From assembly GCA_947601445.1 (NCBI GenBank), contig CANQGD010000001.1, positions 33,608-97,607 on the forward strand: a stretch of DNA of 64,000 nucleotides, written 5' to 3'. The notes beneath the pieces were generated by a model. The model did not search any database. It saw only the letters and a list, made by a program, of their open reading frames with translations, and was not told where the DNA came from. The translations under genes were made by a program, and so were the position numbers. Below are positions 29,446 through 40,237 of this stretch, one piece after another; position 1 is the stretch's first letter, and each line of letters begins with the position of its first letter. Source of the DNA: an uncultured Clostridia bacterium (GTDB lineage Bacteria; Bacillota; Clostridia; Christensenellales; CAG-314).

Positions 29446-31154
29446 CTAAATATTTGACGCTTACGAAACTGCTTTTTTTACAACAGTTTAAAACAAGATT
29501 CGGTATTGACAAAAAAAAGCGTCGCGGAACAATTGCATTGTATGTGGTTTTAATATTGTGTTTCGCGCCCACCGTTGTCACCGTTGCCGCAATGATGTAC
29601 TTTGCCGGTAAGTTTACTCATGGCAATGCGGATTTTGGAACATTTTTAATATTGCTTTGTCAGGGGTTGGTTCTTATGTTTGGCATTCATGCCATCATAT
29701 CCAACGTGTTTGTTGTAAAGGACGCAGAAAAACTGTTGTATTTGCCTGTAAGGGCATACGTAATTTTTCTTGCAAAATTGACGGTTGCATATTTGAACGA
29801 GTTGATAACCACCGCGGTTACGGTGTTGGTGGTGTTGTTGCCTTTTGGTATGGGCGCGAGTGCCGGCGTCGGATATTACTTTATGTTGATGGTATCCGTA
29901 GTTCTTATCCCCATGCTTCCGATGTTGCTGAGTACTTTGATAGCTATGCCGATAGCCGCGTTGGTAAATTTGTTCGGCAAAAACAGCTATACAAAAACCG
30001 TGCTGCGTATTTTGTTGTACGTTGCGATAATGGCTGTGTATATGTACGGAATGTATCGTCTGGGCTTTTTGACGGGTTCGGAAAACGGCAGCGCTCTCGA
30101 TAATACCGAAGAATATGTTCAATACATGCTTGGCGATTTTACGGATAAACTAAATGGAGCTATGCCGTACTTTCATCCCGATTATATGTTGATGAACAGT
30201 ATGCTGGCGCCTACGTTTACAACGTTTTTGTTGAGCTTTTTGGCTGCCTTAGGTGAAAATGTCGCTCTTCTTGCTTTGGTCTTTGCGGTATCGTTACCGT
30301 TTTACCGCAGAATGCTTACGCTCTCGATAGAGGAGGGAAGCTCGCGTCACAAAAAGGGAAAAGAAAATTTCGACACGAAAAATATCGGCACGATAAGACA
30401 GTTTATGCTGACCGATATTAAAAAAACGGCACGAGACTCGCAACTCGGGTTTCAATCCTTTGCGGGAATAATTATGATGCCGCTCATAGTAGTGGTATTA
30501 TACTTCTTTGTGGGAATCGCAGACGATGGTGATTCATCCTTGTTGCAGTTAATTACTATTTCAACGCGTTACCAAGTCATAGCGCCTCTGGTTATATTGG
30601 CGTATATGACATTTATCGGATCGAGTACCAACATTTTGGGACTTTATCCCATTTCGAGGGAGAATAGGGCGATTTATATCCTTAAAAGTCTGCCCGTTTC
30701 GTTTAACAAAATTCTGCTTGCAAAGGTTCTGCTTGCAACTGCGGTCATGGCGGCATGCGACTTTATCACATGCTTGCTTATTGTCTTTCTATTCGAAATA
30801 GAGTGGTACTTAGGCTTGGCGATGTTTGCGACAATGGTATTTTTGGGATTTGGATCAATGTGTATTACGACGCTTCTGGACCTGAAAGAACCTCGTCTTG
30901 GTTGGGACAACTTTAATCAAGGATTAAAAGGTGTCAAAAACAGTTGGATAGCAATGCTTATATCGTTTTTGACGGTCGTTACCATTGCCGCGATTTCGGT
31001 GCCTTTCATAATTTTGTTTGTCGCATTTGACAAATGGTATATTATGTTGTTGATGTGGTTGCTTATTTTGGGTATTGCGGCGGGATATTCTGTCGTAGGA
31101 TACAAAATAATGACTGCCAAGGCGACTAAATATTTTGAGCGTATAGAGGTATAA
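29442..31154 (+). CDS. ABC exporter permease, large polytopic (putative ABC-exporter family)
   Basis: 570 aa with at least 10 predicted TM segments. ATGA overlap with the ATPase gene. Confidence 0.7.
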   Translation: MTKYLTLTKLLFLQQFKTRFGIDKKKRRGTIALYVVLILCFAPTVVTVAAMMYFAGKFTHGNADFGTFLILLCQGLVLMFGIHAIISNVFVVKDAEKLLYLPVRAYVIFLAKLTVAYLNELITTAVTVLVVLLPFGMGASAGVGYYFMLMVSVVLIPMLPMLLSTLIAMPIAALVNLFGKNSYTKTVLRILLYVAIMAVYMYGMYRLGFLTGSENGSALDNTEEYVQYMLGDFTDKLNGAMPYFHPDYMLMNSMLAPTFTTFLLSFLAALGENVALLALVFAVSLPFYRRMLTLSIEEGSSRHKKGKENFDTKNIGTIRQFMLTDIKKTARDSQLGFQSFAGIIMMPLIVVVLYFFVGIADDGDSSLLQLITISTRYQVIAPLVILAYMTFIGSSTNILGLYPISRENRAIYILKSLPVSFNKILLAKVLLATAVMAACDFITCLLIVFLFEIEWYLGLAMFATMVFLGFGSMCITTLLDLKEPRLGWDNFNQGLKGVKNSWIAMLISFLTVVTIAAISVPFIILFVAFDKWYIMLLMWLLILGIAAGYSVVGYKIMTAKATKYFERIEV

Positions 31155-31448
31155 ACCGACTTAATAAACTGTTTCATTGCAAGCGAAAGAACCGTTAATT
31201 GCATTTACAAAGAACGAACAACAATGCGGTATCCGCGTTGAGGAGATAGAAAAGTAAAAGGTGTGCAACATAAAACGTTTTGCCTTGATAAACGCATCGA
31301 CGGCTTGGATATTACGACATCGCGTCGTTTCAATAACGGTATTCGGCGGCAAGATCAAACAGACAAAGCTCCGGCGGTTTACCGAATGTTTAGGACGAGA
31401 ACAAACGGTATTTAACAAAAAAAAACATTCAGAGGAGAAATATAAATC

Positions 31449-32651
31449 ATGAAAAACGTACTTGACGTGCTGAAAGAGCGCGGATATATCAAGCAAACGG
31501 TATTCGAAGATGAACTTTACGAATTGTTGGGCAAGGAGAAAGTTACTTTTTATACCGGCTACGATCCCACGGCAGACAGCCTTACAGCGGGGCATTTTGT
31601 AACGCTCATGGCTATGGCGCACATGCAACGTGCGGGTCACACTCCGATAATTTTGATAGGCGGCGGTACGGCAATGGTAGGAGACCCTTCGGGGCGCACC
31701 GATATGCGTACAATGATGAGCAAGGAAACCATTATGCACAACGTAGAGTGTTTCAAAAAGCAAATGAGTCGTTTTATCGATGTTGACAAGGCGATATTTG
31801 TCAACAATGCGGATTGGCTGTGGAATCTCAACTATATCGATTTCTTACGTGAAATCGGCACGTGTTTTTCGGTGAATCAAATGCTTACCGCCGAGTGTTT
31901 CAAACAACGTTTGGAGCGCGGATTGAGCTTTTTGGAATTTAACTATATGCTTATGCAAGGATACGACTTTCTTGTACTCAACCGCAAATACAACTGCGTT
32001 TTGCAAACGGGCGGAGACGATCAGTGGAGTAATATGTTGGCGGGCGCCGATCTTATACGCCGCAAGGAAGGAAAAAAAGCGTACGCGCTCACTTATGCGT
32101 TGCTAACCACGTCCGACGGCAAAAAAATGGGCAAGACCGCAAAGGGAGCGGTGTGGTTGGACGCAAACAAAACAAGCCCGTACGACTTTTTCCAATATTG
32201 GCGCAACGTCGAGGACGACAGAGTGGAAACATGTCTGAAACTGCTTACGTTTTTGGATTTGGACGAAATAAAAGAGTTGACTGCACACAAGGACGAGCGC
32301 ATGAACGCCGCCAAGGAACGTCTTGCATACGAAGTTACAGCTATCGTACACGGCAAAGAGGTCGCCGACGAAGTGCTAAAACAAGTAAAGGCGTCTTTCA
32401 GCGACGATGTAGACAATATGCCCGTTGTGGAAATCAGTGAACCGGGCAATATAATAGACATATTGGTGAAATGCGGTCAATGCAAATCAAACGGTGAGGC
32501 AAGACGCCTTGTAGAGGGCGGAGGTGTATCCGTTAACGACGAAAAAATAGCATTGCCCGCTTGGACGTTGCCGCAATCTATCATAGCAAAGGGAGAATTT
32601 GTTCTTCACAAAGGCAAGAAAGTACATTTGCGCGTCAAAATAAAACAATGA
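31449..32651 (+). CDS. tyrS: Tyrosine--tRNA ligase
   Basis: [15 protein letters not shown] (HIGH region), [19 protein letters not shown] (KMSKS), and a C-terminal S4 domain. SD AGAGGAG. Confidence 0.96.
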   Translation: MKNVLDVLKERGYIKQTVFEDELYELLGKEKVTFYTGYDPTADSLTAGHFVTLMAMAHMQRAGHTPIILIGGGTAMVGDPSGRTDMRTMMSKETIMHNVECFKKQMSRFIDVDKAIFVNNADWLWNLNYIDFLREIGTCFSVNQMLTAECFKQRLERGLSFLEFNYMLMQGYDFLVLNRKYNCVLQTGGDDQWSNMLAGADLIRRKEGKKAYALTYALLTTSDGKKMGKTAKGAVWLDANKTSPYDFFQYWRNVEDDRVETCLKLLTFLDLDEIKELTAHKDERMNAAKERLAYEVTAIVHGKEVADEVLKQVKASFSDDVDNMPVVEISEPGNIIDILVKCGQCKSNGEARRLVEGGGVSVNDEKIALPAWTLPQSIIAKGEFVLHKGKKVHLRVKIKQ

Positions 32652-33262
32652 AAGAATACGTAACGATTGCGGATAAAGAAACTGTTACCGAAACTGTAAT
32701 AGAAAAATCCAGATTTATAGCTGCCGCAATACAAGCAAATACGGTTGAGGACGCGATAGAGTTCGTGAATGCCAAGCGAAAAAATTTCTATGACGCCACA
32801 CACAATTGTTACGCTTATATCATCGGTGACAAAGCCAAGTTCAGCGACGACGGGGAGCCGCAAGGTACCGCGGGCATGCCTATATACGAATGTATCCGAC
32901 AAATGGGCTTGGATCATGTGTGCGTGGTTGTGACTCGTTATTTCGGCGGCATAAAGTTGGGCGCGGGCGGACTTGTTCGCGCGTACGGCGGCAGTGCGGC
33001 GGAAAGTCTTAAACTTGCCGAAAAAATGCAAATGACGGATTGTATTCGAGCCGAAGTCGTTATAGATTACGCTTTGCTTAAACCCGTTCGCAAAGCGTTG
33101 CTCTCTTTTGCAAAGGAAGAAGAGGTGTTTTATGAGGATAAGGTGCGTTTACTATATCTGTTTCCCACGCATTTATCAAATACTATTTGTGACATAGTAG
33201 CACAAAACACATTGGGAAAAGGGCAAATTCGAGTAAAAGAACAAGTTTTGGCGCATTTTTGA
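32648..33262 (+). CDS. yigZ: YigZ family protein (UPF0029 / IMPACT N-terminal domain)
   Basis: IEKSRFIA..., [43 protein letters not shown] overlap with tyrS. Confidence 0.85.
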   Translation: MKEYVTIADKETVTETVIEKSRFIAAAIQANTVEDAIEFVNAKRKNFYDATHNCYAYIIGDKAKFSDDGEPQGTAGMPIYECIRQMGLDHVCVVVTRYFGGIKLGAGGLVRAYGGSAAESLKLAEKMQMTDCIRAEVVIDYALLKPVRKALLSFAKEEEVFYEDKVRLLYLFPTHLSNTICDIVAQNTLGKGQIRVKEQVLAHF

Positions 33263-33341
33263 TATATTTCTTGAAAATTTTCAGCCGTATAACGGAAACT
33301 TTCAAGATTCTATGAAATAGCGGTCTATATTTGAGGAAGCA

Positions 33342-33989
33342 ATGTCGAAGATTTTGTTAAAAGGTGCAAATCTGCTTGCGCCGTTACCTGTGGTGATGGT
33401 GTCTGTGGGCGATACGGAAAAATCCAATATAATTACCGTCGCATGGACGGGCATTGTATGTAGCGCTCCTCCGCGTGTTTACGTTTCGATACGTCACGAT
33501 CGTTACAGCTATGATTTGATCAAACGCCGCGGAGATTTCGTCATTAACGCGACGACGGACGGTTTGCTTGCCGCTTGCGATTGGTGCGGAATAAAGAGCG
33601 GCAGAGATTTTGACAAATTTGCGGAGACGGGATTGACTGCAATCACAGCAAATTTTGTATCCTCGCCGATGATTGCCGAAAGCCCGATAAACATAGAATG
33701 TCGTGTGTTCGACGTGATAAATTTGGGGTCTCACGATATGTTTCTTGCCGATGTTTTGGCGGTAAATGTGGATGAGCGTATTGTGGACGACAAAGGCGCA
33801 ATCGATTATTCCAAGGCAAATTTGGTTTGCTATCAGCATGGAGAGTACTATGCAACAGGCAAACATCTCGGTAGATTCGGATTTGCCGCACAAAAAAAGT
33901 ACATCAAAAAATACGGCGTTGGAAAGGACGCAATGAGCGACAGTCCGCTTACCAAGCGCAAAAAATATTCTGACGGGAGAAAATCGTGA
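33342..33989 (+). CDS. Flavin reductase-like (FMN-binding split-barrel) protein
   Basis: PLPVVMVSVGD...NIITVAWTGIVCSAPPRVYVSIR...DFVIN matches the flavin reductase domain. Has a K-rich C-terminal tail. Confidence 0.75.
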   Translation: MSKILLKGANLLAPLPVVMVSVGDTEKSNIITVAWTGIVCSAPPRVYVSIRHDRYSYDLIKRRGDFVINATTDGLLAACDWCGIKSGRDFDKFAETGLTAITANFVSSPMIAESPINIECRVFDVINLGSHDMFLADVLAVNVDERIVDDKGAIDYSKANLVCYQHGEYYATGKHLGRFGFAAQKKYIKKYGVGKDAMSDSPLTKRKKYSDGRKS

Positions 33990-36208
33990 ATTTACAAAAT
34001 CTTAACGACGCACAACTCAAAGCCGTGACGGCTCCGCTTGCGCCTACGTTGGTATTGGCGGGCGCGGGCAGCGGAAAGACGCGCGTACTTACAAACAGAA
34101 TACTGTATTTGGTTCAGGAATGTGGGGTGCGTCCGTCGGAAATACTTGCCATTACCTTTACCAATAAAGCAGCCAACGAAATGAAGCGCAGGTTGTACGA
34201 CTTTGATTGCAATGCGCAATTTATGCATATATCCACGATTCACTCTTTTTGTGCAACGGTCTTGCGCAATGAGTACGCACAGCTTAAATTCGGGTCCAAT
34301 TTCAGCATCTATGACGAGAGTGAAAAAAAGAGTGTGCTGAAACAAATAGTCAAAAGCATTTTCGATGACGGAAGTTCTCAAACCGTAGACGGATTTTCGG
34401 AAAGTATTTCCGATTTGAAAAATAACGCGCCCGATCTTTTGGAAGGAGATTTGGCGCAGTTGGCGCATACCGACGATTATTTGCAAGATCGTTTGGACAG
34501 ACTTTCCGCAATAACCGCTTGCACAAACAATGACGAGTTAATCAAAGTTATAAACGAGTATTCCGCCAGAATGACGGAAAACAATGCAATGGATTTTGAC
34601 GATTTGTTGTACTATGTACACAAATTATTCGGTATTCCCGAGATTTTGGACAAATATCGGGAGAAATTTCGTTATATTTTGATAGACGAGTTTCAAGACA
34701 CCAACAAAGTTCAGTATGAAATTTTCAAAATGCTCGGTGAAAAGTACAAAAACATTTTTGTAGTGGGAGATGACGATCAATCCATTTACAGTTGGCGCGG
34801 TGCGGACTCATATAATTTGCAAAAATTCAAGAAGGATTTTCCCGATTGCAACATTTATATGTTGGAGCAAAACTATCGCTCCACCAAGCGAATACTCGAG
34901 GTCGCCAACGAATTGATTGCCAAAAATCCGGATCGATTTGAAAAAGTACTTTGGACCGACAACCCCGATGGATTGAAAGTACAACTTTTTTCCGCCTACA
35001 ACGAATTGGACGAAGCATATTTCGTTGCGGAACAGATAAAAAATTTGCGTTATCTCAATCCAAACGGCAGATACAAGGATTTTGCGATTTTAATGCGCGT
35101 CAACGCGCTTTCGCGTAGTTTTGAGCAGCAGTTTCAGCAAAACCGAATTCCCTACAAAGTTTTCGGTGGCTTTAAATTTTTTGAGCGGAAAGAGATCAAA
35201 GACATCTTGTCTTATTTGCGTTTAATAAACAATCCCTTCGACAATGAAGCGTTTGTGCGCGCGTTGAACGTCCCACGCAAGCGCGGTATCGGTGATACGA
35301 CGATCGCAAAATTGAAAAATCTTTCGGCAGAGTACGGATTGCCGATGATCGATGTGATTTCCGACGAACGCAATCTGGAAGTTTTAACTTCTTCTGCGCG
35401 AACCAAGTTGACGGATTTTTACAGATTGACGGAAGAGTTGACGGAACTTGCGCATAAAAACAATGTGTTGTCGTTTATACATACCATGCTCGAAACGCTG
35501 CAATTTCGAAAGGCATTGGAGGAAACGGGAGATGAGGACAGGGCGCTCAACATAGACGAATTCGAAGAATCCGTTGCGGAGTATCAGCAATTAAATCCGA
35601 CAGCCACATTGGCGGATTATTTACAAACCGTCAGTCTGTCGCAAGATGCGGACGAAATGACGGACAGCGATTACGTAACGATAGCCACAATACACGCTGT
35701 AAAAGGATTGGAGTTTAAAACGGTGTTTATTGTGGGTTTGGAAGAAGGTTTGTTCCCAACATCGCGATCCACCTATGAAACAGACGGATTAAGAGAAGAA
35801 CGGCGGCTCGTTTATGTTGCCGCCACACGTGCGGAAGAACGGCTGTATTTGACTCGGGCGCAGTCTCGTTTTATGTGGGGGCAGCGCAAAAACAATCCTG
35901 CGAGCAGATATTTCAACGAAGTTCAAAAGCTGTATCAGCCGAAACGGCGCGTATTGAGTGAGCGCGAGTTATCCGACGACGGAATTTTGGATAAACTAAA
36001 CAGCAAAGAACCGATTGCCAAAATGCCGAGCACGGGCAAGTCCGATAAAGAAGCGTCGCAGTTCAAAGTGGGGCAGATAGTTCGGCACACAAGTTTCGGA
36101 CAAGGAATAATTTTGCGTATCGAAAACGGCATTGCCGACGTGCTGTTTGATAATGCCGGGAAAAAATCGCTGAATATAAAATTTGCACCTATCACGGTGA
36201 TAAAATAA
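33986..36208 (+). CDS. pcrA: ATP-dependent DNA helicase PcrA/UvrD
   Basis: LNDAQLKAV, Walker A AGAGSGKT, DEFQDTN, YRS, and VTIATIHAVKGLEF motifs. GTG start with GGGAGA SD; GTGA overlap with the upstream gene. Confidence 0.93.
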   Translation: MNLQNLNDAQLKAVTAPLAPTLVLAGAGSGKTRVLTNRILYLVQECGVRPSEILAITFTNKAANEMKRRLYDFDCNAQFMHISTIHSFCATVLRNEYAQLKFGSNFSIYDESEKKSVLKQIVKSIFDDGSSQTVDGFSESISDLKNNAPDLLEGDLAQLAHTDDYLQDRLDRLSAITACTNNDELIKVINEYSARMTENNAMDFDDLLYYVHKLFGIPEILDKYREKFRYILIDEFQDTNKVQYEIFKMLGEKYKNIFVVGDDDQSIYSWRGADSYNLQKFKKDFPDCNIYMLEQNYRSTKRILEVANELIAKNPDRFEKVLWTDNPDGLKVQLFSAYNELDEAYFVAEQIKNLRYLNPNGRYKDFAILMRVNALSRSFEQQFQQNRIPYKVFGGFKFFERKEIKDILSYLRLINNPFDNEAFVRALNVPRKRGIGDTTIAKLKNLSAEYGLPMIDVISDERNLEVLTSSARTKLTDFYRLTEELTELAHKNNVLSFIHTMLETLQFRKALEETGDEDRALNIDEFEESVAEYQQLNPTATLADYLQTVSLSQDADEMTDSDYVTIATIHAVKGLEFKTVFIVGLEEGLFPTSRSTYETDGLREERRLVYVAATRAEERLYLTRAQSRFMWGQRKNNPASRYFNEVQKLYQPKRRVLSERELSDDGILDKLNSKEPIAKMPSTGKSDKEASQFKVGQIVRHTSFGQGIILRIENGIADVLFDNAGKKSLNIKFAPITVIK

Positions 36209-36221
36209 CGGAGAAACAACC

Positions 36222-38168
36222 ATGACAATGCGTGAAATGGTCGATCAACTTAATAAATGGGCTTACGAGTATTATGTTTTGGACGCTCCGAGCGTTTCCG
36301 ATACCCAATACGACGCGCTGTATGACAGGCTTGTATTGTTGGAAAAACAAACGGGCGAGGTTCTTCCGGACAGTCCGACGCATCGTGTAGGCGGCGCTCC
36401 GCTCAAAAATTTCGTACAGCACAACCATCTCAAACGTTTGTACAGCCTTGATAAAGTGCAAAGTTTCGGTGAACTTCACGATTGGGTGGATAAAGTGGAA
36501 AAAGCCGTCGGTAAGACGGAATTTACGGTTGAACTGAAATACGATGGTCTGACGATAAACGTAACATATCGCGACGGTAAATTCGCAGGCGCGGCGACGC
36601 GAGGCAATGGCGTAACCGGCGAAGACGTCACCGAACAGGTAAAAACAATTCGTTCCGTTCCCCTTACAATACCGTTTGACGGGGTTTGTGAATTGCAGGG
36701 CGAAGGAATTATGCGTCTGTCGGTATTGGATAAGTTCAATCGGACGCATCCTGCCGACGCTTTGAAAAATGCGCGAAATGCGGCGGCCGGGGCAATACGA
36801 AATCTCAATCCGAAAACTACCGCGGAACGCAATCTCGACGTGGTATTTTACAGCAACGGTTACGAAGAAGGAATGACGGCACGTTCCCAAACGGAATTGG
36901 TGGATTTCTTGAAGTCCTGCGGCATGCTTACCAATTTTGTGTTTGAAAAGGCGTACGGTTTTGAGGATATAAAAAAAATAATAGAAAAAATAGGTTTACA
37001 ACGAAGCGACTACGATTTTTTGATCGACGGAGTTGTTGTCAAGGTTAACGATTTCGACAAACGCGAACAGCTCGGCTATACCGACAAATTCCCTCGTTGG
37101 GCGGTGGCATACAAATTCGATGCAGAACAGGTTACTACCGAACTATTGGATGTGGAATGGCAAGTTGGACGTACCGGCAAGCTCACTCCGATAGGCAAGC
37201 TGCGCGCAGTGGAGTTGTGCGGAGCTACAATTCAACGTGCCACTCTTAACAACTTCGGAGATATTACCCGCAAACGGCTGAAAAAGCGCGCTTTGGTATT
37301 TCTTCGTCGCAGTAACGACGTAATTCCGGAAGTATTGGGAGCTGCCGAAGAGGGCGGGGAAGAAATAGTCAAACCTGTTCGTTGTCCCGCATGCGGTTCC
37401 TTTTTGCAGGAAGTAGGCGCAAATCTATATTGCACCGATGCGGAACATTGTCGGCCGCAGATTGTGGCGCGTATCACTCATTATTGCTCAAAAAACGCTT
37501 GCGACATTGACGGTCTTTCCGACAAAACGATAGAGCTGTTGGTGGACAAGTTAAATGTACGCTCCGTAGCAGACTTATATGCGCTTACCGAAGCGGATTT
37601 GAGTTCGATCTTTGTACAGGGCGGAAAGGAATCCAAAAAAGCTCAAAATGTAATTCTTGCCATTGAAAAAAGCAAAAAAGTACAACTTGCACAATTCATT
37701 TATGCATTGGGATTGGACAATGTGGGTACTGTTACGGCAAGAGAGCTTGCTGCGCATTTCGGAAGTATAGACGCCTTATCCAAAGCCGCGGCTGAGCAGC
37801 TTGTGGTTATCGACGGAATAGGCGACGTTGTCGCGGAAGGTATAGTTCAATTTTTTACGGAAACTCAAAATCTCGAAATAATCGAACGACTCAAACAGAT
37901 AGGTATAAATCCCGTATACAAGGAAAACAAGTCGGAAGGAGTTTTTGCGGGTAAAAAGGTGGTACTGACAGGCAGTCTTGTCAATTATACGCGCAGTCAG
38001 GCGGCAAAACTTATAGAAGATCGCGGTGGTGAAATCTCATCTTCGGTCAGCAAATCCGTTAATCTTGTCGTCGCCGGTGCGGAGGCGGGCAGCAAACTTG
38101 ACAAGGCAAGGAATCTCGGAATAGAAGTGATAGACGAAGCTCGGTTTGTCAGCTTGTTGAATAGCTGA
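36222..38168 (+). CDS. ligA: NAD-dependent DNA ligase
   Basis: Adenylation motif ELKYDGL, Zn finger CPACGS...C, HhH repeats, and a C-terminal BRCT (GKKVVLTGSL). Confidence 0.96.
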   Translation: MTMREMVDQLNKWAYEYYVLDAPSVSDTQYDALYDRLVLLEKQTGEVLPDSPTHRVGGAPLKNFVQHNHLKRLYSLDKVQSFGELHDWVDKVEKAVGKTEFTVELKYDGLTINVTYRDGKFAGAATRGNGVTGEDVTEQVKTIRSVPLTIPFDGVCELQGEGIMRLSVLDKFNRTHPADALKNARNAAAGAIRNLNPKTTAERNLDVVFYSNGYEEGMTARSQTELVDFLKSCGMLTNFVFEKAYGFEDIKKIIEKIGLQRSDYDFLIDGVVVKVNDFDKREQLGYTDKFPRWAVAYKFDAEQVTTELLDVEWQVGRTGKLTPIGKLRAVELCGATIQRATLNNFGDITRKRLKKRALVFLRRSNDVIPEVLGAAEEGGEEIVKPVRCPACGSFLQEVGANLYCTDAEHCRPQIVARITHYCSKNACDIDGLSDKTIELLVDKLNVRSVADLYALTEADLSSIFVQGGKESKKAQNVILAIEKSKKVQLAQFIYALGLDNVGTVTARELAAHFGSIDALSKAAAEQLVVIDGIGDVVAEGIVQFFTETQNLEIIERLKQIGINPVYKENKSEGVFAGKKVVLTGSLVNYTRSQAAKLIEDRGGEISSSVSKSVNLVVAGAEAGSKLDKARNLGIEVIDEARFVSLLNS

Positions 38169-38350
38169 AAAAATGGAATTTGTAAATTTTATATAATATT
38201 TTTGTTGCGTAAAACGGGCGGCGAGGCACACGGACGACTTGTCAATCCGTTCGTCGCGGCAGATTTTTCAACGGAAAACAAACATCTTTATACAACAGTT
38301 TATCGGAGACAGTCGCTGCGAAAAGCACTTTTGGGTCATATAATCGACAT

Positions 38351-38379
38351 TTGCCGCAAGGATTTTGCGGCATTTATTT
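38351..38379 (+). terminator. Intrinsic terminator-like hairpin about 185 nt downstream of ligA
   Basis: TGCCGCAA / TTGCGGCA stem with loop GGATT, followed by TTTATTT. Confidence 0.5.
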
Positions 38380-38467
38380 AATTTATAAAGAAAAAAGATG
38401 TGCGACTGTTCGCTTATTATAATCCTGAAAAGCAATATAAATTTTAATATAAAATTTTACTATCAGA

Positions 38468-38493
38468 TTTATACAATAACTTTATACAATAAC
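38468..38493. repeat. Tandem direct repeat, 2 x 13 nt (TTTATACAATAAC)
   Basis: Two exact adjacent copies, about 24 nt upstream of the -35 of the yicC promoter. Confidence 0.8.
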
Positions 38494-38516
38494 ATTTATT
38501 TTTGTTTATTATTTAA

Positions 38517-38545
38517 TTGAAAAAAAAATAATGTTGTGTTACAAT
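38517..38545 (+). promoter_or_regulatory. Extended -10 promoter of the yicC-to-rpe gene string
   Basis: TTGAAA-17 nt-TGtTACAAT, 30 nt upstream of the yicC ATG. Confidence 0.6.
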
Positions 38546-38575
38546 ATAAAATTAGAAATAATGGAGTGAAATGCC

Positions 38576-39454
38576 ATGAAAAGTATGACGGGATACGGCA
38601 AGGCCACCGTAACACGCGGGGATCGTGAATTGACGATAGAATTGAAAAGCGTAAATCATCGTTTTTTGGATATTTCCACAAAGATTCCGCGCGCTTTCGT
38701 GTCTTGCGAGGATGTTATTCGTAACGGACTTGCAAAAGGTTTGGCACGCGGACACGTAGACGTTTTTTTAAATTACTCCCTTGTGGGCGAATCGGACAAA
38801 ACGGTCAACGTCGATTTGGCTTTGGCAAAGCAGTACGTAGAAGCGGCGCACAATTTGAGCGTCGCCTTTCCCGAGTTACATCACGATTTCAACATAAACG
38901 CTTTGATGCGCGCGAGTGATGTAATTATTATAGAGCAAGCGCAGGATGACGCAGACATTTTGCGGGAAATGGTAGCGGAAGTAATCGAAATGGCTGTAAA
39001 CAACCTCAACGAAATGCGTGAAACGGAGGGGAACGCGTTACGCGAAAATTTGCTTGACAAGATAAATCGCGTTGAACAACTGCTTATGCGCGTAAAGGAA
39101 TATGCTCCTCGGGTAGCGGAGGACTATCGCGAGAAATTGCGTTCGCGTATTTCGGAAGCTCTCGGCGACGTGCAGTTGGACGAAGCGAAGTTGGCAAACG
39201 AAATTTGTTTTTTTGCCGATAAATCTTGTATAGACGAAGAAATAACCCGTCTGTTCAGTCATATCGCTCACGCGCGCGAAATACTTTCCTCCAATGAACC
39301 CGTCGGCAGAAAATTGGATTTTTTGGTGCAGGAATTTAATCGTGAAACCAACACGATTTGTAGCAAGTCATCCTATCTCGAACTTACCGAGGTCGCATTG
39401 GAAATGAAAAACGAAATAGAAAAAATTCGTGAACAAGTACAAAATTTGGAATAA
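38576..39454 (+). CDS. yicC: YicC family stress-induced protein
   Basis: MKSMTGYGKA...ELKSVNHRFLD N-terminus and C-terminal REQVQNLE are typical of the YicC/YloC family. Confidence 0.9.
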   Translation: MKSMTGYGKATVTRGDRELTIELKSVNHRFLDISTKIPRAFVSCEDVIRNGLAKGLARGHVDVFLNYSLVGESDKTVNVDLALAKQYVEAAHNLSVAFPELHHDFNINALMRASDVIIIEQAQDDADILREMVAEVIEMAVNNLNEMRETEGNALRENLLDKINRVEQLLMRVKEYAPRVAEDYREKLRSRISEALGDVQLDEAKLANEICFFADKSCIDEEITRLFSHIAHAREILSSNEPVGRKLDFLVQEFNRETNTICSKSSYLELTEVALEMKNEIEKIREQVQNLE

Positions 39455-39479
39455 AATCCATTGGAGATAAGACAAAATT

Positions 39480-40055
39480 ATGGAAGAAAAAAAACAAGGT
39501 AAACTAATTATTATTTCCGGTCCAAGCGGTGCCGGAAAGGGAACGATCTGTGCCGAATTGATGAAATTGATGCCCGATTTGGTATTATCCTGTTCGGTAA
39601 CGACGCGTACACCCCGTCCCAACGAACGCAGAGATCGCAGCTATTTTTTCGTTTCGGAGGATACCTTCCTCGATATGGTACGCAAAAACGAACTGTTGGA
39701 ATACGATCAGCATTTTGAGAATTACTACGGTACTCCCAAAAAATTTGTTGTCGATATGCTGAATTACGGCAAAGACGTAATACTTGAAATCGATGTCAAG
39801 GGCGCTTTGCAGGTCAAGCAAAATTATGAGGACAGCATATTGTTTTTCATCGAAGCGCCAAGCGAACAAGCCTTGTACGATCGTTTGAAAAAGCGCGGCT
39901 CGGAAAGCGAAGAAAAAATTCAAATTCGCATGGCTCGCAACAAGTTGGAGCTTGCTCAACGTTACAAATACGATTATTGTATCATGAACGACGACGTGGA
40001 TAGGGCGGTAGCCGAAATCATAGAAATATTAAAAGAAAGGAGAATACAAAAATGA
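39480..40055 (+). CDS. gmk: Guanylate kinase
   Basis: P-loop GPSGAGKGT, TTRTPRPNE..YFFVS. Confidence 0.95.
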   Translation: MEEKKQGKLIIISGPSGAGKGTICAELMKLMPDLVLSCSVTTRTPRPNERRDRSYFFVSEDTFLDMVRKNELLEYDQHFENYYGTPKKFVVDMLNYGKDVILEIDVKGALQVKQNYEDSILFFIEAPSEQALYDRLKKRGSESEEKIQIRMARNKLELAQRYKYDYCIMNDDVDRAVAEIIEILKERRIQK

Positions 40056-40237
40056 TTACCAAACCTCCGATTGATGAATTGACTGAAAAAGCAGGTGACA
40101 AATACACGCTTTGCTGTATTGTGGCAAAACGCGCAAAGGAACTCAACAACAGTCCCGAACTGCCGCAAAATTTCAAACCGATCACTTATGCCGCAGGCGA
40201 ATTTGACGACGGCATCACGGAAATAGCAAAGAAATAA
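40052..40237 (+). CDS. rpoZ: DNA-directed RNA polymerase subunit omega
   Basis: 61 aa, ...DKYTLCCIVAKRAKELN... In the conserved position between gmk and coaBC. Confidence 0.85.
   Translation: MITKPPIDELTEKAGDKYTLCCIVAKRAKELNNSPELPQNFKPITYAAGEFDDGITEIAKK

Noticed and set aside
31261-31452. 63-aa basic ORF (GTG start) ending in ATGA overlap with the tyrS start.
   Set aside because: There is no SD at a usable distance, the product is an unrecognisable basic sequence, and tyrS has its own strong SD. It most likely lies in an untranslated leader.
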